A DNA stretch of 18,473 bases from an archaeon (GTDB taxonomy: Archaea > Iainarchaeota > Iainarchaeia > Iainarchaeales > 1-14-0-10-31-34): the NCBI GenBank assembly GCA_043815885.1, contig JBDRIL010000013.1, forward strand, positions 1 through 18,473, written 5' to 3'. This document shows, one piece after another, positions 8,462 to 16,146 of this stretch. The notes under the pieces are model-generated. The model was given only the letters and a program-made list of their open reading frames with translations. It was not told the origin of the DNA and searched no databases. The first letter of the stretch is position 1; each line of letters starts with the position of its first letter. Both the position numbers and the translations under genes were made by a program.

Positions 8462-11400
8462 ATGCCTAGCTACCTGGATGACTTAATTAAGAAAGCCAAG
8501 AAGGTAAAGGAGAGCGATGAAGCTGAAGAAAAGGCTAAACCAGTGAAGGAAAAGAAGGAAGTAAATTTTGAGGAACTGAAGGAAAAGGGAATAATTCTGG
8601 AGAAACCAAAGAAGAAGCCAGTGGCAAGGGAAAAAAAGATTGATGAACTGGAAGAGAAACTGTTTGGAGCAGTAAAGAATAAGGGGGAAAGGGAAGAAAG
8701 AATTGCTGCTGCAAGAGAGGAAGATAGAAAGGAGTCAGCTGTAGAAAGTGAATTAAAGCAGGAGAGAAAGGAATTAATTGATTCCTATGGAGACGTAAAA
8801 ATCTACAGGGTTCCGGAGAAATCACTTCTGTATTATATTGTTCCTGTTAGCAAGCCAACCATTGGGGAAAGAACTATTATTAATACTATTAAGGAGGCTG
8901 CAACAAGGCTGATTAGTATTGCTCCTTACAGGATAAGGGATATAGAGCAGAGAAGGACTGTTTACAAGCAGAAGATTCTTGAGATACTTAATTCTTCCAG
9001 GGAACTGAATATCCCTGAAAGAAGATTTGATTTTTATGCTGAGAGTGTTGTAAGAGAGATGGTTGGATATGGAATGATTGATCCTTTAGTGAGGGATGAC
9101 AGGCTGGAAGAAATAATGGTTATTGGTGCAAAGAAGCCAGTGTATATATTCCACAGAGAACACGAAATGATGGTTACAAATATTGAATTTATTTCTGACA
9201 ATGAAATAATTGATTTAATTAACAGGATTGCAAGAGAGGTTGGAAGAAGAGTGGATATTTCTGCTCCATTGCTGGATGCAAGGCTTGCAGATGGAAGCAG
9301 GGTAAATGCAACGATTCCTCCTGCATCCATTTCTGGTGCGTCTCTTACTATCAGAAAGTTCAGGGGAGACCCTTACTCCATAGTTGACTTAATTAATATG
9401 AAGACTATTGGATTTGATTCAGCTGCATTTTTGTGGCTTTGTGTTGATGGTTTGGGGGTTAAACCGGCAAATATATTGATTACTGGAGGAACTGGCTCAG
9501 GAAAGACAACTACATTGAATGTATTGGCTTCATTTATTCCTGAAAGGGAAAGAATTGTGACGATTGAAGACAGTGTTGACGGAGAAGAAGAAATAATTGT
9601 TTTCAGGGACAATAAACCAGAAAAAGTAAGGATTGGAGAACTGGTGGACAGGAAAATAGAAGAGAATGGCTGCAGTTATTCTTCTTTTGGGCATGAAAGG
9701 AGCCTTAATTTTGATGGCCTTGAAACCATTTGTTTTGATGAAAAAGGAAAAGCCAGGATAGCGCCAATTGATTCTTTTATTAGACATAAAACCAGGAAAA
9801 AAATGTTTGAGGTTGTTTTCAGGAGCGGAAGAAAGATAAAGGTTACGGAAGACCATTCTCTTTTTTCTTTAAATGAAGAAGCAAAAATCAGTCCAATCAA
9901 GACAAGCAACATGAAACCAGGCAGTTTTTTGGCCGTACCAAGAAGCCTTCCTTTTGATTGTGAACCAGTAAAGGAAATTAATTTACTTGAATGCCTTGAC
10001 AAACTCAAAAAATGCTTTGTTGCAGGAAAACCAGTTTCAGAGGGAATGAAGAAAATTGAATTCTCTGAACTTGAAAAATACAGTGAAGGAAAAACAAGGA
10101 AAGGAAGGAATTGTTCTGTAAACCAATGGAAGAGGAAAGGAATAGTAAGGATTGAATTAATTGAAGAATTATGCAGGAAAGGATTAATTGATTTAAGTGA
10201 CAATAAAAATATTTTCCTTAAGCCAAGGGTTAATTCAAGGATGGTTCCGTCAACCTTAAAACTGGATGAAGTTTTCCTTGAATTCCTTGGGTTTTGGATA
10301 GCGGATGGATGCTATGACAAGAATAGTGTCATTATTTCAACTAACGACAAGGAAGTTGAATGCATTATAAAAGAAATTGCTGAAAGGTTTGATGCTAATA
10401 CAAGAATTCATTCAGATAAATTTAGTCTCATGATTAACTCAAGCATACTGAAAAAAATCATGATTAATGTTTTGGGGCTGGAAGGGAATGCGTTCAGCAA
10501 GAAAATCCCTGAATGGATGCATGAATTAAGCAACCAACAAATATGTTGGCTTCTAAGGGGGTATTTTTCTGGAGACGGGACAATAGGAAAAAACGAGATT
10601 GAATGGACTTCTTGTTCAGAACAATTAATGAAAGACATCCAAACAATGATGCTTAGAAACGGGATAATGGCAAGAATAGCAACAAAGAGATACTTGAAAG
10701 ACAAATCATTTAAGGGAAGGATTTCATCTTTTGCCCAGATTGAGCAATTTATGAAAAAAATTGGCTTCCTTCAGGAAGAAAAGAATAACAGAGTATTTAG
10801 GATTGCATTAAAGAGAAAGGCAACTCATGACTCAATTGACTTAATCCCTCTCCCAATAAGCTTCCTTCAATGCAAAAGGCATGAACTCAAATTACAGCAC
10901 GAGTATTATTCCGGAAGAGCAAGGATTGGAAGAAGGTTTCTCCAAAGACTGGCTTCTGTGCCTGAAAACAATGAATTGGGATTATTGGCTGGTTCTGATA
11001 TTTTTTGGGACCAGGTTAAAGAAATGAGGCTTCTTCCAGAAAAAGAAAGATTTGTATATGACCTTTCAGTTCCGGGATACGAAAACTTCGTGTGTTCAAA
11101 TGTTTTTGTTCACAATACTGCTGAATTAAATCTTCCATTGAATCACATAATCAGGTTAGAGGCAAGGCCTCCTGGATTGGAAGGAACCGGAGAAATCTCT
11201 CTGGAAATCCTAACCAAGAATTCTTTGAGAATGCGTCCGGACAGAATAATTGTGGGAGAGGTAAGGCACAAGGAAGCATTCACTTTATTTACTGCAATGA
11301 ATACTGGACACGATGGCTGCCTCGGCACAGTTCACGCTAACTCTCCTCAGGAAACAATTGTGAGGGTTACTTCGCCTCCAATGAATGTGCCTGAAGTGAT

Positions 11401-11752
11401 GCTTTCGGGACTGGATTTTATTGTTGTAGAGCACAGGATTCATGACAGGAAGAAGGGAACCATTAGAAGGATTACTGAAATAGCTGAAGTGACTGGAGTG
11501 CTTGAAGGAAAAACCACCGCCCAAACAATCTGGGAAAGGGATCCAATAAAGGATGAGATAAGGGGTACGGGAATTCAATGCAATTACCTTAAAACATTAA
11601 TGAAGTTTACTGGATATAACAAAAAACAGATTGATGAAGAATTAAGGGAAAGAGGAAAGGTGTTAAGGGATTTAGTGAAAAAGGATATTCATTCAATGCC
11701 TGAAGTGTGTGCTATAATGCAGAATTACTTAATACAGAAGAGTGTATTGTGA
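8462..11752 (+). CDS. Type IV pilus assembly ATPase (VirB11/CpaF/KlbA family), intein-containing precursor; 581 aa after splicing
   Basis: GYGMIDPLVRDDRLEEIMV, PLLDARLADGSRVNATIPP, LTIRKF, Walker A GGTGSGKTT, Asp box TIED|TAEL split by the intein, LRMRPDRIIVGEVR, His box MNTGHDGCLGTVHANS. The first ~100 aa are highly charged. Confidence 0.95.
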   Translation: MPSYLDDLIKKAKKVKESDEAEEKAKPVKEKKEVNFEELKEKGIILEKPKKKPVAREKKIDELEEKLFGAVKNKGEREERIAAAREEDRKESAVESELKQERKELIDSYGDVKIYRVPEKSLLYYIVPVSKPTIGERTIINTIKEAATRLISIAPYRIRDIEQRRTVYKQKILEILNSSRELNIPERRFDFYAESVVREMVGYGMIDPLVRDDRLEEIMVIGAKKPVYIFHREHEMMVTNIEFISDNEIIDLINRIAREVGRRVDISAPLLDARLADGSRVNATIPPASISGASLTIRKFRGDPYSIVDLINMKTIGFDSAAFLWLCVDGLGVKPANILITGGTGSGKTTTLNVLASFIPERERIVTIEDSVDGEEEIIVFRDNKPEKVRIGELVDRKIEENGCSYSSFGHERSLNFDGLETICFDEKGKARIAPIDSFIRHKTRKKMFEVVFRSGRKIKVTEDHSLFSLNEEAKISPIKTSNMKPGSFLAVPRSLPFDCEPVKEINLLECLDKLKKCFVAGKPVSEGMKKIEFSELEKYSEGKTRKGRNCSVNQWKRKGIVRIELIEELCRKGLIDLSDNKNIFLKPRVNSRMVPSTLKLDEVFLEFLGFWIADGCYDKNSVIISTNDKEVECIIKEIAERFDANTRIHSDKFSLMINSSILKKIMINVLGLEGNAFSKKIPEWMHELSNQQICWLLRGYFSGDGTIGKNEIEWTSCSEQLMKDIQTMMLRNGIMARIATKRYLKDKSFKGRISSFAQIEQFMKKIGFLQEEKNNRVFRIALKRKATHDSIDLIPLPISFLQCKRHELKLQHEYYSGRARIGRRFLQRLASVPENNELGLLAGSDIFWDQVKEMRLLPEKERFVYDLSVPGYENFVCSNVFVHNTAELNLPLNHIIRLEARPPGLEGTGEISLEILTKNSLRMRPDRIIVGEVRHKEAFTLFTAMNTGHDGCLGTVHANSPQETIVRVTSPPMNVPEVMLSGLDFIVVEHRIHDRKKGTIRRITEIAEVTGVLEGKTTAQTIWERDPIKDEIRGTGIQCNYLKTLMKFTGYNKKQIDEELRERGKVLRDLVKKDIHSMPEVCAIMQNYLIQKSVL
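9572..11116 (+). mobile_element. Intein (515 aa, residues 371-885) with LAGLIDADG homing endonuclease
   Basis: Starts SVDGEEEIIV (Ser1). Block B KVTEDHSLF; LAGLIDADG motifs FLGFWIADG and LLRGYFSGDG; block F VYDLSVPGYENFVC; ends VFVHN followed by extein Thr+1. Removal restores IVTIEDTAEL. Confidence 0.95.
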
Positions 11753-12903
11753 TGAGTAGAATAGATGAATTAAGGAAAGTAATTGAAAGAAAGAAAGGAA
11801 AGGTCGGACCCAAAATTGAGTCAGTTGACATGGAACAGGTAGACAAGATAGTGGAAAAAATGAAGCAGAAGTATTCAGAGGAAGGAATTGAATTAGAAAA
11901 GGTCGGAGGAAGGTTAAAGGAATTGAGGGGAATAATTGCCGAGGGAAAGGCAGCAGAACTTGAAGTGCAGACAGTTGAAGACTTGAAAGTCGCGGGCAGC
12001 CCAGTTGTAAGGGATTTAGGCAAGTTTTATCTTTCACTCGGGGGAATAATGAAACCAATTGATGCATTCATTCAGAGATTTCCTCAGGTAAAGCAATTGA
12101 ATTATTATCTTTATTCAGCGAACATGAAGTACAGTGGAAGGCAGTTTATTGCAATTACTACTGCTGCAACTGTCATTACCTTTATAATAAGCATTCTATT
12201 CTTCAGCATAATTTTTTCTGTACTGAAAATGAATTTAATTGCAAAGATTTTATTGGTTATTATTTTGTCTTTAGTTGTCGCCCTTATATGTATTGTAATC
12301 TGTTTCCTGATTCCCAGAAGAAAGGCACAGGCAAGAGGGGACAATATCAGTAGGGAGCTGCCTTTTGCTTTAAGGCACATGGCTACTGAACTGAAAGCAG
12401 GAATTGGATTGTACAGGACAATCCAGACAATTGCTGCAGCTGATTACGGGGAATTGAGTGAAGAATTTGCCAGGACAATTACAGAGATAGAGGAAGGAAC
12501 CGACACAAAGCTTGCTTTAAGGCACTTCGCTTTAAGGACACAGTCAAAGGCTTTAAGGAATGCATTGATTCACGTAATAAGGGCATTAAAGACCGGAGGA
12601 AACCTTTCAGAGATAATGAATGACATTGCTGAAGAAGTGAGTTTTGAATTGAGAATGAAGATAAGGGATTTCTCAGAGAAAATGAATTTCTTTGGAGTAA
12701 TTTATATTTATATGGCAATAGTTATACCTGTATTCATTGCAATACTTGGAGGGGTAAGGATTGCTCCATTGCAGGGAGGAGGAAGCGCCTTTGCAATGAT
12801 TCCATTGGATCCGGTTAATTTAAGTGCATTTTATTTATTGTTTATGCCAATAGTATTGTTTTACTTGATAATATTCATTTCAATGTCCCAACCAAAAGTG
12901 TGA
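11752..12903 (+). CDS. Type II secretion system F-family (TadB/TadC-like) pilus platform membrane protein 1
   Basis: ELPFALRHMATELKAGIGL, YGELSEEF, ALKTGGNLSEIMNDIAEE and several TM helices. ATG 11752 overlaps the ATPase stop (TGATG) and is preferred over 11707. Confidence 0.9.
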   Translation: MSRIDELRKVIERKKGKVGPKIESVDMEQVDKIVEKMKQKYSEEGIELEKVGGRLKELRGIIAEGKAAELEVQTVEDLKVAGSPVVRDLGKFYLSLGGIMKPIDAFIQRFPQVKQLNYYLYSANMKYSGRQFIAITTAATVITFIISILFFSIIFSVLKMNLIAKILLVIILSLVVALICIVICFLIPRRKAQARGDNISRELPFALRHMATELKAGIGLYRTIQTIAAADYGELSEEFARTITEIEEGTDTKLALRHFALRTQSKALRNALIHVIRALKTGGNLSEIMNDIAEEVSFELRMKIRDFSEKMNFFGVIYIYMAIVIPVFIAILGGVRIAPLQGGGSAFAMIPLDPVNLSAFYLLFMPIVLFYLIIFISMSQPKV

Positions 12904-12908
12904 ATTAA

Positions 12909-13880
12909 ATGGCGAAAGTAAGTCTGTATGAAAGGATTTCCTTTTTAAGGGATTCAAAGAACCTGAAAAAATACGAGCTTTACTTAGAGCACATTAACTT
13001 GAAAGTAGATCCATTGCTGTGGATTCTTGTTTCAATTGCAATTGCTTCAGTTGCAGCAACCATTACTTTTTTTGTTTTGGCTTTCCTGGAATTACAGATG
13101 GCAAACATCCTTGTATTCATTGTATTTGTTGTGGTAATAGATTTGTTGTTAGGATACCCAATAATAAAAGAAAATCAAAGGATTGGAGAGATTGAGGGGG
13201 ATTTACCTGACGCATTAAAGCAGATGGCTGATGTATTGAAGGCAGGAGGAACTTATGAATTTGCTTTAAGGGAAATTGCTACCTCTGATTTTGGGCCTTT
13301 AACAAAAGAAGTGTCGGTTGTTTTAAGGAAGTTAGAGGAAGGAGAGAACTTTGAGAATTCCCTGAAAACACTTTCAAACAACATTGATTCAAGGTTAGTG
13401 AAGAGAAGTGTAACAATAATAATTGATTCAGTGAAGGCAGGGGCAGGGCTGGCTGACGTATTGGATGAAATAGCTGAAGACATCAGGGACGCGAACAGAA
13501 TCCATCATGAAAGAAGAAGCAGAACCTTAATGCAGGTTTTATTCATGATTGCTGCTGGGGCGGTTGTAACTCCATTTATCTTTGGATTGACCTCCACTAT
13601 TGTGAATTTTCTTATTACTTCTGCTGCAACTCTGGGAAACCTTTCGGCAGATATAACCCAGAATGCATTGAGTCAAAGAGACTTGCTTCTGTTATTGCTG
13701 CAGATATATATTTTTATTCAGGTATTTGCTTCCTCTGTAATGATTTCTTTAATGAGAGAGGGAAAGAAAAACAAAAGTATTATATATCTGCCCGCTCTTT
13801 TATTATTAGCATATATTACATACTTTGCTTCAATGGTGATGTCAACATCACTCATTGGAGGAATGGGTGGAGCAACATGA
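12909..13880 (+). CDS. Type II secretion system F-family (TadB/TadC-like) pilus platform membrane protein 2
   Basis: IEGDLPDALKQMADVLKAGG, FGPLTKEV, SVKAGAGLADVLDEIAEDIR and multiple TM helices; tandem with the first T2SSF gene. Confidence 0.9.
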   Translation: MAKVSLYERISFLRDSKNLKKYELYLEHINLKVDPLLWILVSIAIASVAATITFFVLAFLELQMANILVFIVFVVVIDLLLGYPIIKENQRIGEIEGDLPDALKQMADVLKAGGTYEFALREIATSDFGPLTKEVSVVLRKLEEGENFENSLKTLSNNIDSRLVKRSVTIIIDSVKAGAGLADVLDEIAEDIRDANRIHHERRSRTLMQVLFMIAAGAVVTPFIFGLTSTIVNFLITSAATLGNLSADITQNALSQRDLLLLLLQIYIFIQVFASSVMISLMREGKKNKSIIYLPALLLLAYITYFASMVMSTSLIGGMGGAT

Positions 13881-14041
13881 AAAAAATATTTTTAGAAAAA
13901 AAAGCCCAGACAGCAGTGGAAACACTATTAATTGTTGTTGCTGCTGTAGTGATGGCAATAGTTGTCGGAGCATTCATTAAGAGCCTGCCTCCCCAGCTTG
14001 AAAGCAAGGCAAACAACATTGTAAACGATTTAACCTCATAA
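13877..14041 (+). CDS. Mini-pilin 1, class III signal peptide protein (54 aa); not in the ORF track
   Basis: MKKIFLEKKA|QTAVETLLIVVAAVVMAIVVGAFIKSLPPQLESKANNIVNDLTS*. ATGA overlap with the upstream stop; +1 Q, +5 E and a hydrophobic helix. Confidence 0.85.
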   Translation: MKKIFLEKKAQTAVETLLIVVAAVVMAIVVGAFIKSLPPQLESKANNIVNDLTS

Positions 14042-14157
14042 AAAACTTTTAAGAAACCCTATTTGAATCCAAGGATTCAAAGGGGCCCATTTGAGTTATA
14101 CTCAAATTGGGAGTTTTATCAAAAAAACAGTGTATTCCCCCGGCATACAATAAAAAA
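14039..14157. repeat. Right copy of the 119-bp structured inverted repeat (partner at 8249-8367)
   Basis: Its reverse complement matches 8249-8367 with 7 mismatches and no gaps. It begins on the stop codon of mini-pilin 1. Confidence 0.95.
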
Positions 14158-14180
14158 ATAAGAATTAGGCGGAAATAACC

Positions 14181-14240
14181 CAAAAGAATATAAATAAGAA
14201 GTATTATATTAATTAAAATGACTTTAATTAAAAAGGAGGG
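14181..14240 (+). promoter_or_regulatory. Putative BRE/TATA promoter and strong Shine-Dalgarno for the mini-pilin array
   Basis: caaaaga-atataaata at 14181-14196, and AGGAGG at 14234-14239, 10 nt before ATG 14250. Confidence 0.55.
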
Positions 14241-14249
14241 ATAATTGAA

Positions 14250-14423
14250 ATGGACAACAAGGCACAAGGAGCACTAGAATATCTCTTACTGATAGGAGGA
14301 GCAGTGCTTATCGCAGCAATAGTAATAGTAATTCTGACAACCTTAGGTGCAAGCGACACGTACCATACTTCTTCAAACAGATACAACACTGAATTCCACA
14401 CCCTATACCACATATCAGTATAA
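14250..14423 (+). CDS. Mini-pilin 2, class III signal peptide protein (57 aa); candidate major pilin; not in the ORF track
   Basis: MDNKA|QGALEYLLLIGGAVLIAAIVIVILTTLGASDTYHTSSNRYNTEFHTLYHISV*, preceded by AGGAGG. Confidence 0.9.
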   Translation: MDNKAQGALEYLLLIGGAVLIAAIVIVILTTLGASDTYHTSSNRYNTEFHTLYHISV

Positions 14424-14604
14424 ATTTAGAGAAAGAATTACATGGATTCCAGAGGGCAGGCAGCACTAGAATACCTATTATTACTCGGCGGAGCAATATT
14501 ACTAGCGGCAATAATAATAGTGATAATGGCTGCAATGGGCATAAGCAGTTCATATGACCCTGCTGCACACAGATACAACACTGAATTCCACACCCTATAC
14601 CACA
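14377..14604 (+). repeat. Perfect 36-bp direct repeat (14377-14412 and 14569-14604) in the 3' ends of mini-pilins 2 and 3
   Basis: acagatacaacactgaattccacaccctataccaca occurs twice, identical, encoding RYNTEFHTLYH. Confidence 0.95.
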
Positions 14605-14612
14605 GTAAGTAA
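14442..14612 (+). CDS. Mini-pilin 3, class III signal peptide protein (56 aa); not in the ORF track
   Basis: MDSRG|QAALEYLLLLGGAILLAAIIIVIMAAMGISSSYDPAAHRYNTEFHTLYHSK*. Confidence 0.9.
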   Translation: MDSRGQAALEYLLLLGGAILLAAIIIVIMAAMGISSSYDPAAHRYNTEFHTLYHSK

Positions 14613-14644
14613 TTGCTCGCAGTTTATAATAAGAGTTGAGTTTT

Positions 14645-14800
14645 ATGGAAAACAAAGGGCAAGCAGCACTAGAATACCTATTATTGATAGGGGCTGCTGT
14701 ATTGATAGCGGCAGTCCTTATAGTTGTATTATCAAATTTAAGTCATTCGAGTGCTGACACCGCAGGAAACAAGCTACACACATTCCTTCACGATTTATAA
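14645..14800 (+). CDS. Mini-pilin 4, class III signal peptide protein (51 aa); not in the ORF track
   Basis: MENKG|QAALEYLLLIGAAVLIAAVLIVVLSNLSHSSADTAGNKLHTFLHDL*. Confidence 0.9.
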   Translation: MENKGQAALEYLLLIGAAVLIAAVLIVVLSNLSHSSADTAGNKLHTFLHDL

Positions 14801-14813
14801 AAGGTAATATTCT

Positions 14814-14984
14814 ATGGATGAAAAGGCACAGGTTTCAATTGAGTACTTGCTGACAATCCTTTTCGGAATAATTCTAGTGATGGCCGCTGCAATACTCTTG
14901 GATAACCTAAGAGTGGTTGCCCAAAGCGCAAGAGCAGAGATTCTAACCCAAAGAGAAAAAACCATTGCTTCTCTAATTGAATAG
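14814..14984 (+). CDS. Mini-pilin 5, class III signal peptide protein (56 aa); not in the ORF track
   Basis: MDEKA|QVSIEYLLTILFGIILVMAAAILLDNLRVVAQSARAEILTQREKTIASLIE*. Confidence 0.88.
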   Translation: MDEKAQVSIEYLLTILFGIILVMAAAILLDNLRVVAQSARAEILTQREKTIASLIE

Positions 14985-16146
14985 GAGGTCTTTCTTTATT
15001 TCCTTTATTTTTTCATTTTCTTTTATTTATTTTTTTCTTGCATTAGCTACTTTAATAATTGGCACTTACACTGATTTAAAGGAAAGAATTATTTCAAATA
15101 AATTAACGTATTCAATGATTGCCGTAGGGGTGATTCTGCATTTAATTGAAGCAGCATATTTTTCTAATTATTTTTTGTTTTTTGTTTCAGTTGTGGTTGT
15201 AGTTCTTACCTTCTTTTTTTCTTACCTTCTCTGGAAGCTTGGAGTGTGGGCAGGGGGAGACGTAAAACTCTTTACTGCAATTGCCGCACTGAATCCATTC
15301 AATCCATTATTCTTTACAGGTTTTCTTGGATTGAATATTGGTTTGTTTCAGGCTACCAGTCTACCGATTTTTCCTTTAACTCTCTTTATTTTCAGCATTA
15401 TCTGCATGATTCCTTATGGAGCGTTTCTTACACTGAATGGAGTTAGGAAACGAAAGGACCTGCAGCGAAAACTGAAAGAGGAATTCAAAAAGAAATTCTT
15501 TCAGGCACTTCAATTGAGTGCGGCATTAATTGGATTGAATTATTTTGTCTCTTTATTTATGCCTGACTTTTTAATTCAATACATTCTGATAATTGTTACT
15601 CTGATCGCACTCAGATTTATTAACCGGAAAGTGAGATTGATTGTAATTGCTTTGGTTTTTTTCTTTGCATTGGGAAGCAAACTGCTGATTGCAGTAAATG
15701 AATTTGTTTCTTTGTTCCTTGTGTTGTTTGTTATTTATTCCTTCTTCAGGCTATTCTTTTTGAGCAGGGAGGAAATATTGAAGAAAGAAGTAAGAGTGGA
15801 TGAACTGGAGGAGGGAATGATTCCCGCTCAATCAATTTATTTGGTTGAAGGAAAAATAGTCAAGAGCGAACCACTTAAAATAGCAACAATTATTAAGTAC
15901 TTAACTTCTAATAATTTAAACAAGTTAATGGATTACCTTAAACCAAAGGGAAAAACAGTAGTCAGTTCAATGAGGGCAGCAGGATTTACAGTAGAGGAAA
16001 TAAAGGAATTAAAGGAATTAGTGAGAGAGAGAAAAATAGAGGAAAAAATAAAAGTAAAGCTTACAGCCCCAATGATTCCAGCGGTATTAATGGCATTTGT
16101 TTTATTGAATGTGATTGGAGACATTTTATGGAATATGATTTTATAA
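14977..16146 (+). CDS. Prepilin peptidase, A24 aspartic family (EppA/FlaK-like, with extra TM segments)
   Basis: Catalytic Asp motifs YTDLKER and WAGGDVKL, many TM helices, ELEEGMIP insertion and C-terminal APMIPAV. Embedded among Q+1/E+5 pilins, as for EppA. Start codon uncertain. Confidence 0.9.
   Translation: MNRRSFFISFIFSFSFIYFFLALATLIIGTYTDLKERIISNKLTYSMIAVGVILHLIEAAYFSNYFLFFVSVVVVVLTFFFSYLLWKLGVWAGGDVKLFTAIAALNPFNPLFFTGFLGLNIGLFQATSLPIFPLTLFIFSIICMIPYGAFLTLNGVRKRKDLQRKLKEEFKKKFFQALQLSAALIGLNYFVSLFMPDFLIQYILIIVTLIALRFINRKVRLIVIALVFFFALGSKLLIAVNEFVSLFLVLFVIYSFFRLFFLSREEILKKEVRVDELEEGMIPAQSIYLVEGKIVKSEPLKIATIIKYLTSNNLNKLMDYLKPKGKTVVSSMRAAGFTVEEIKELKELVRERKIEEKIKVKLTAPMIPAVLMAFVLLNVIGDILWNMIL

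Noticed and set aside
14377..14604. 36-bp direct repeats as a CRISPR array
   Set aside because: Only two copies, 156 bp apart, both in frame inside pilin genes, non-palindromic, and no cas genes nearby.
14308..14655. Minus-strand ORF with CGIGCGIQCCIC twice, resembling a RiPP or metallothionein precursor
   Set aside because: It is the antisense shadow of the 36-bp repeat in pilins 2 and 3, which have clear signal peptides and an SD. No modifying enzymes are nearby.
14250..14800. Diversity-generating retroelement TR/VR pair
   Set aside because: No reverse transcriptase in the window. The shared tracts are short and exact, and the differences are not adenine-specific.
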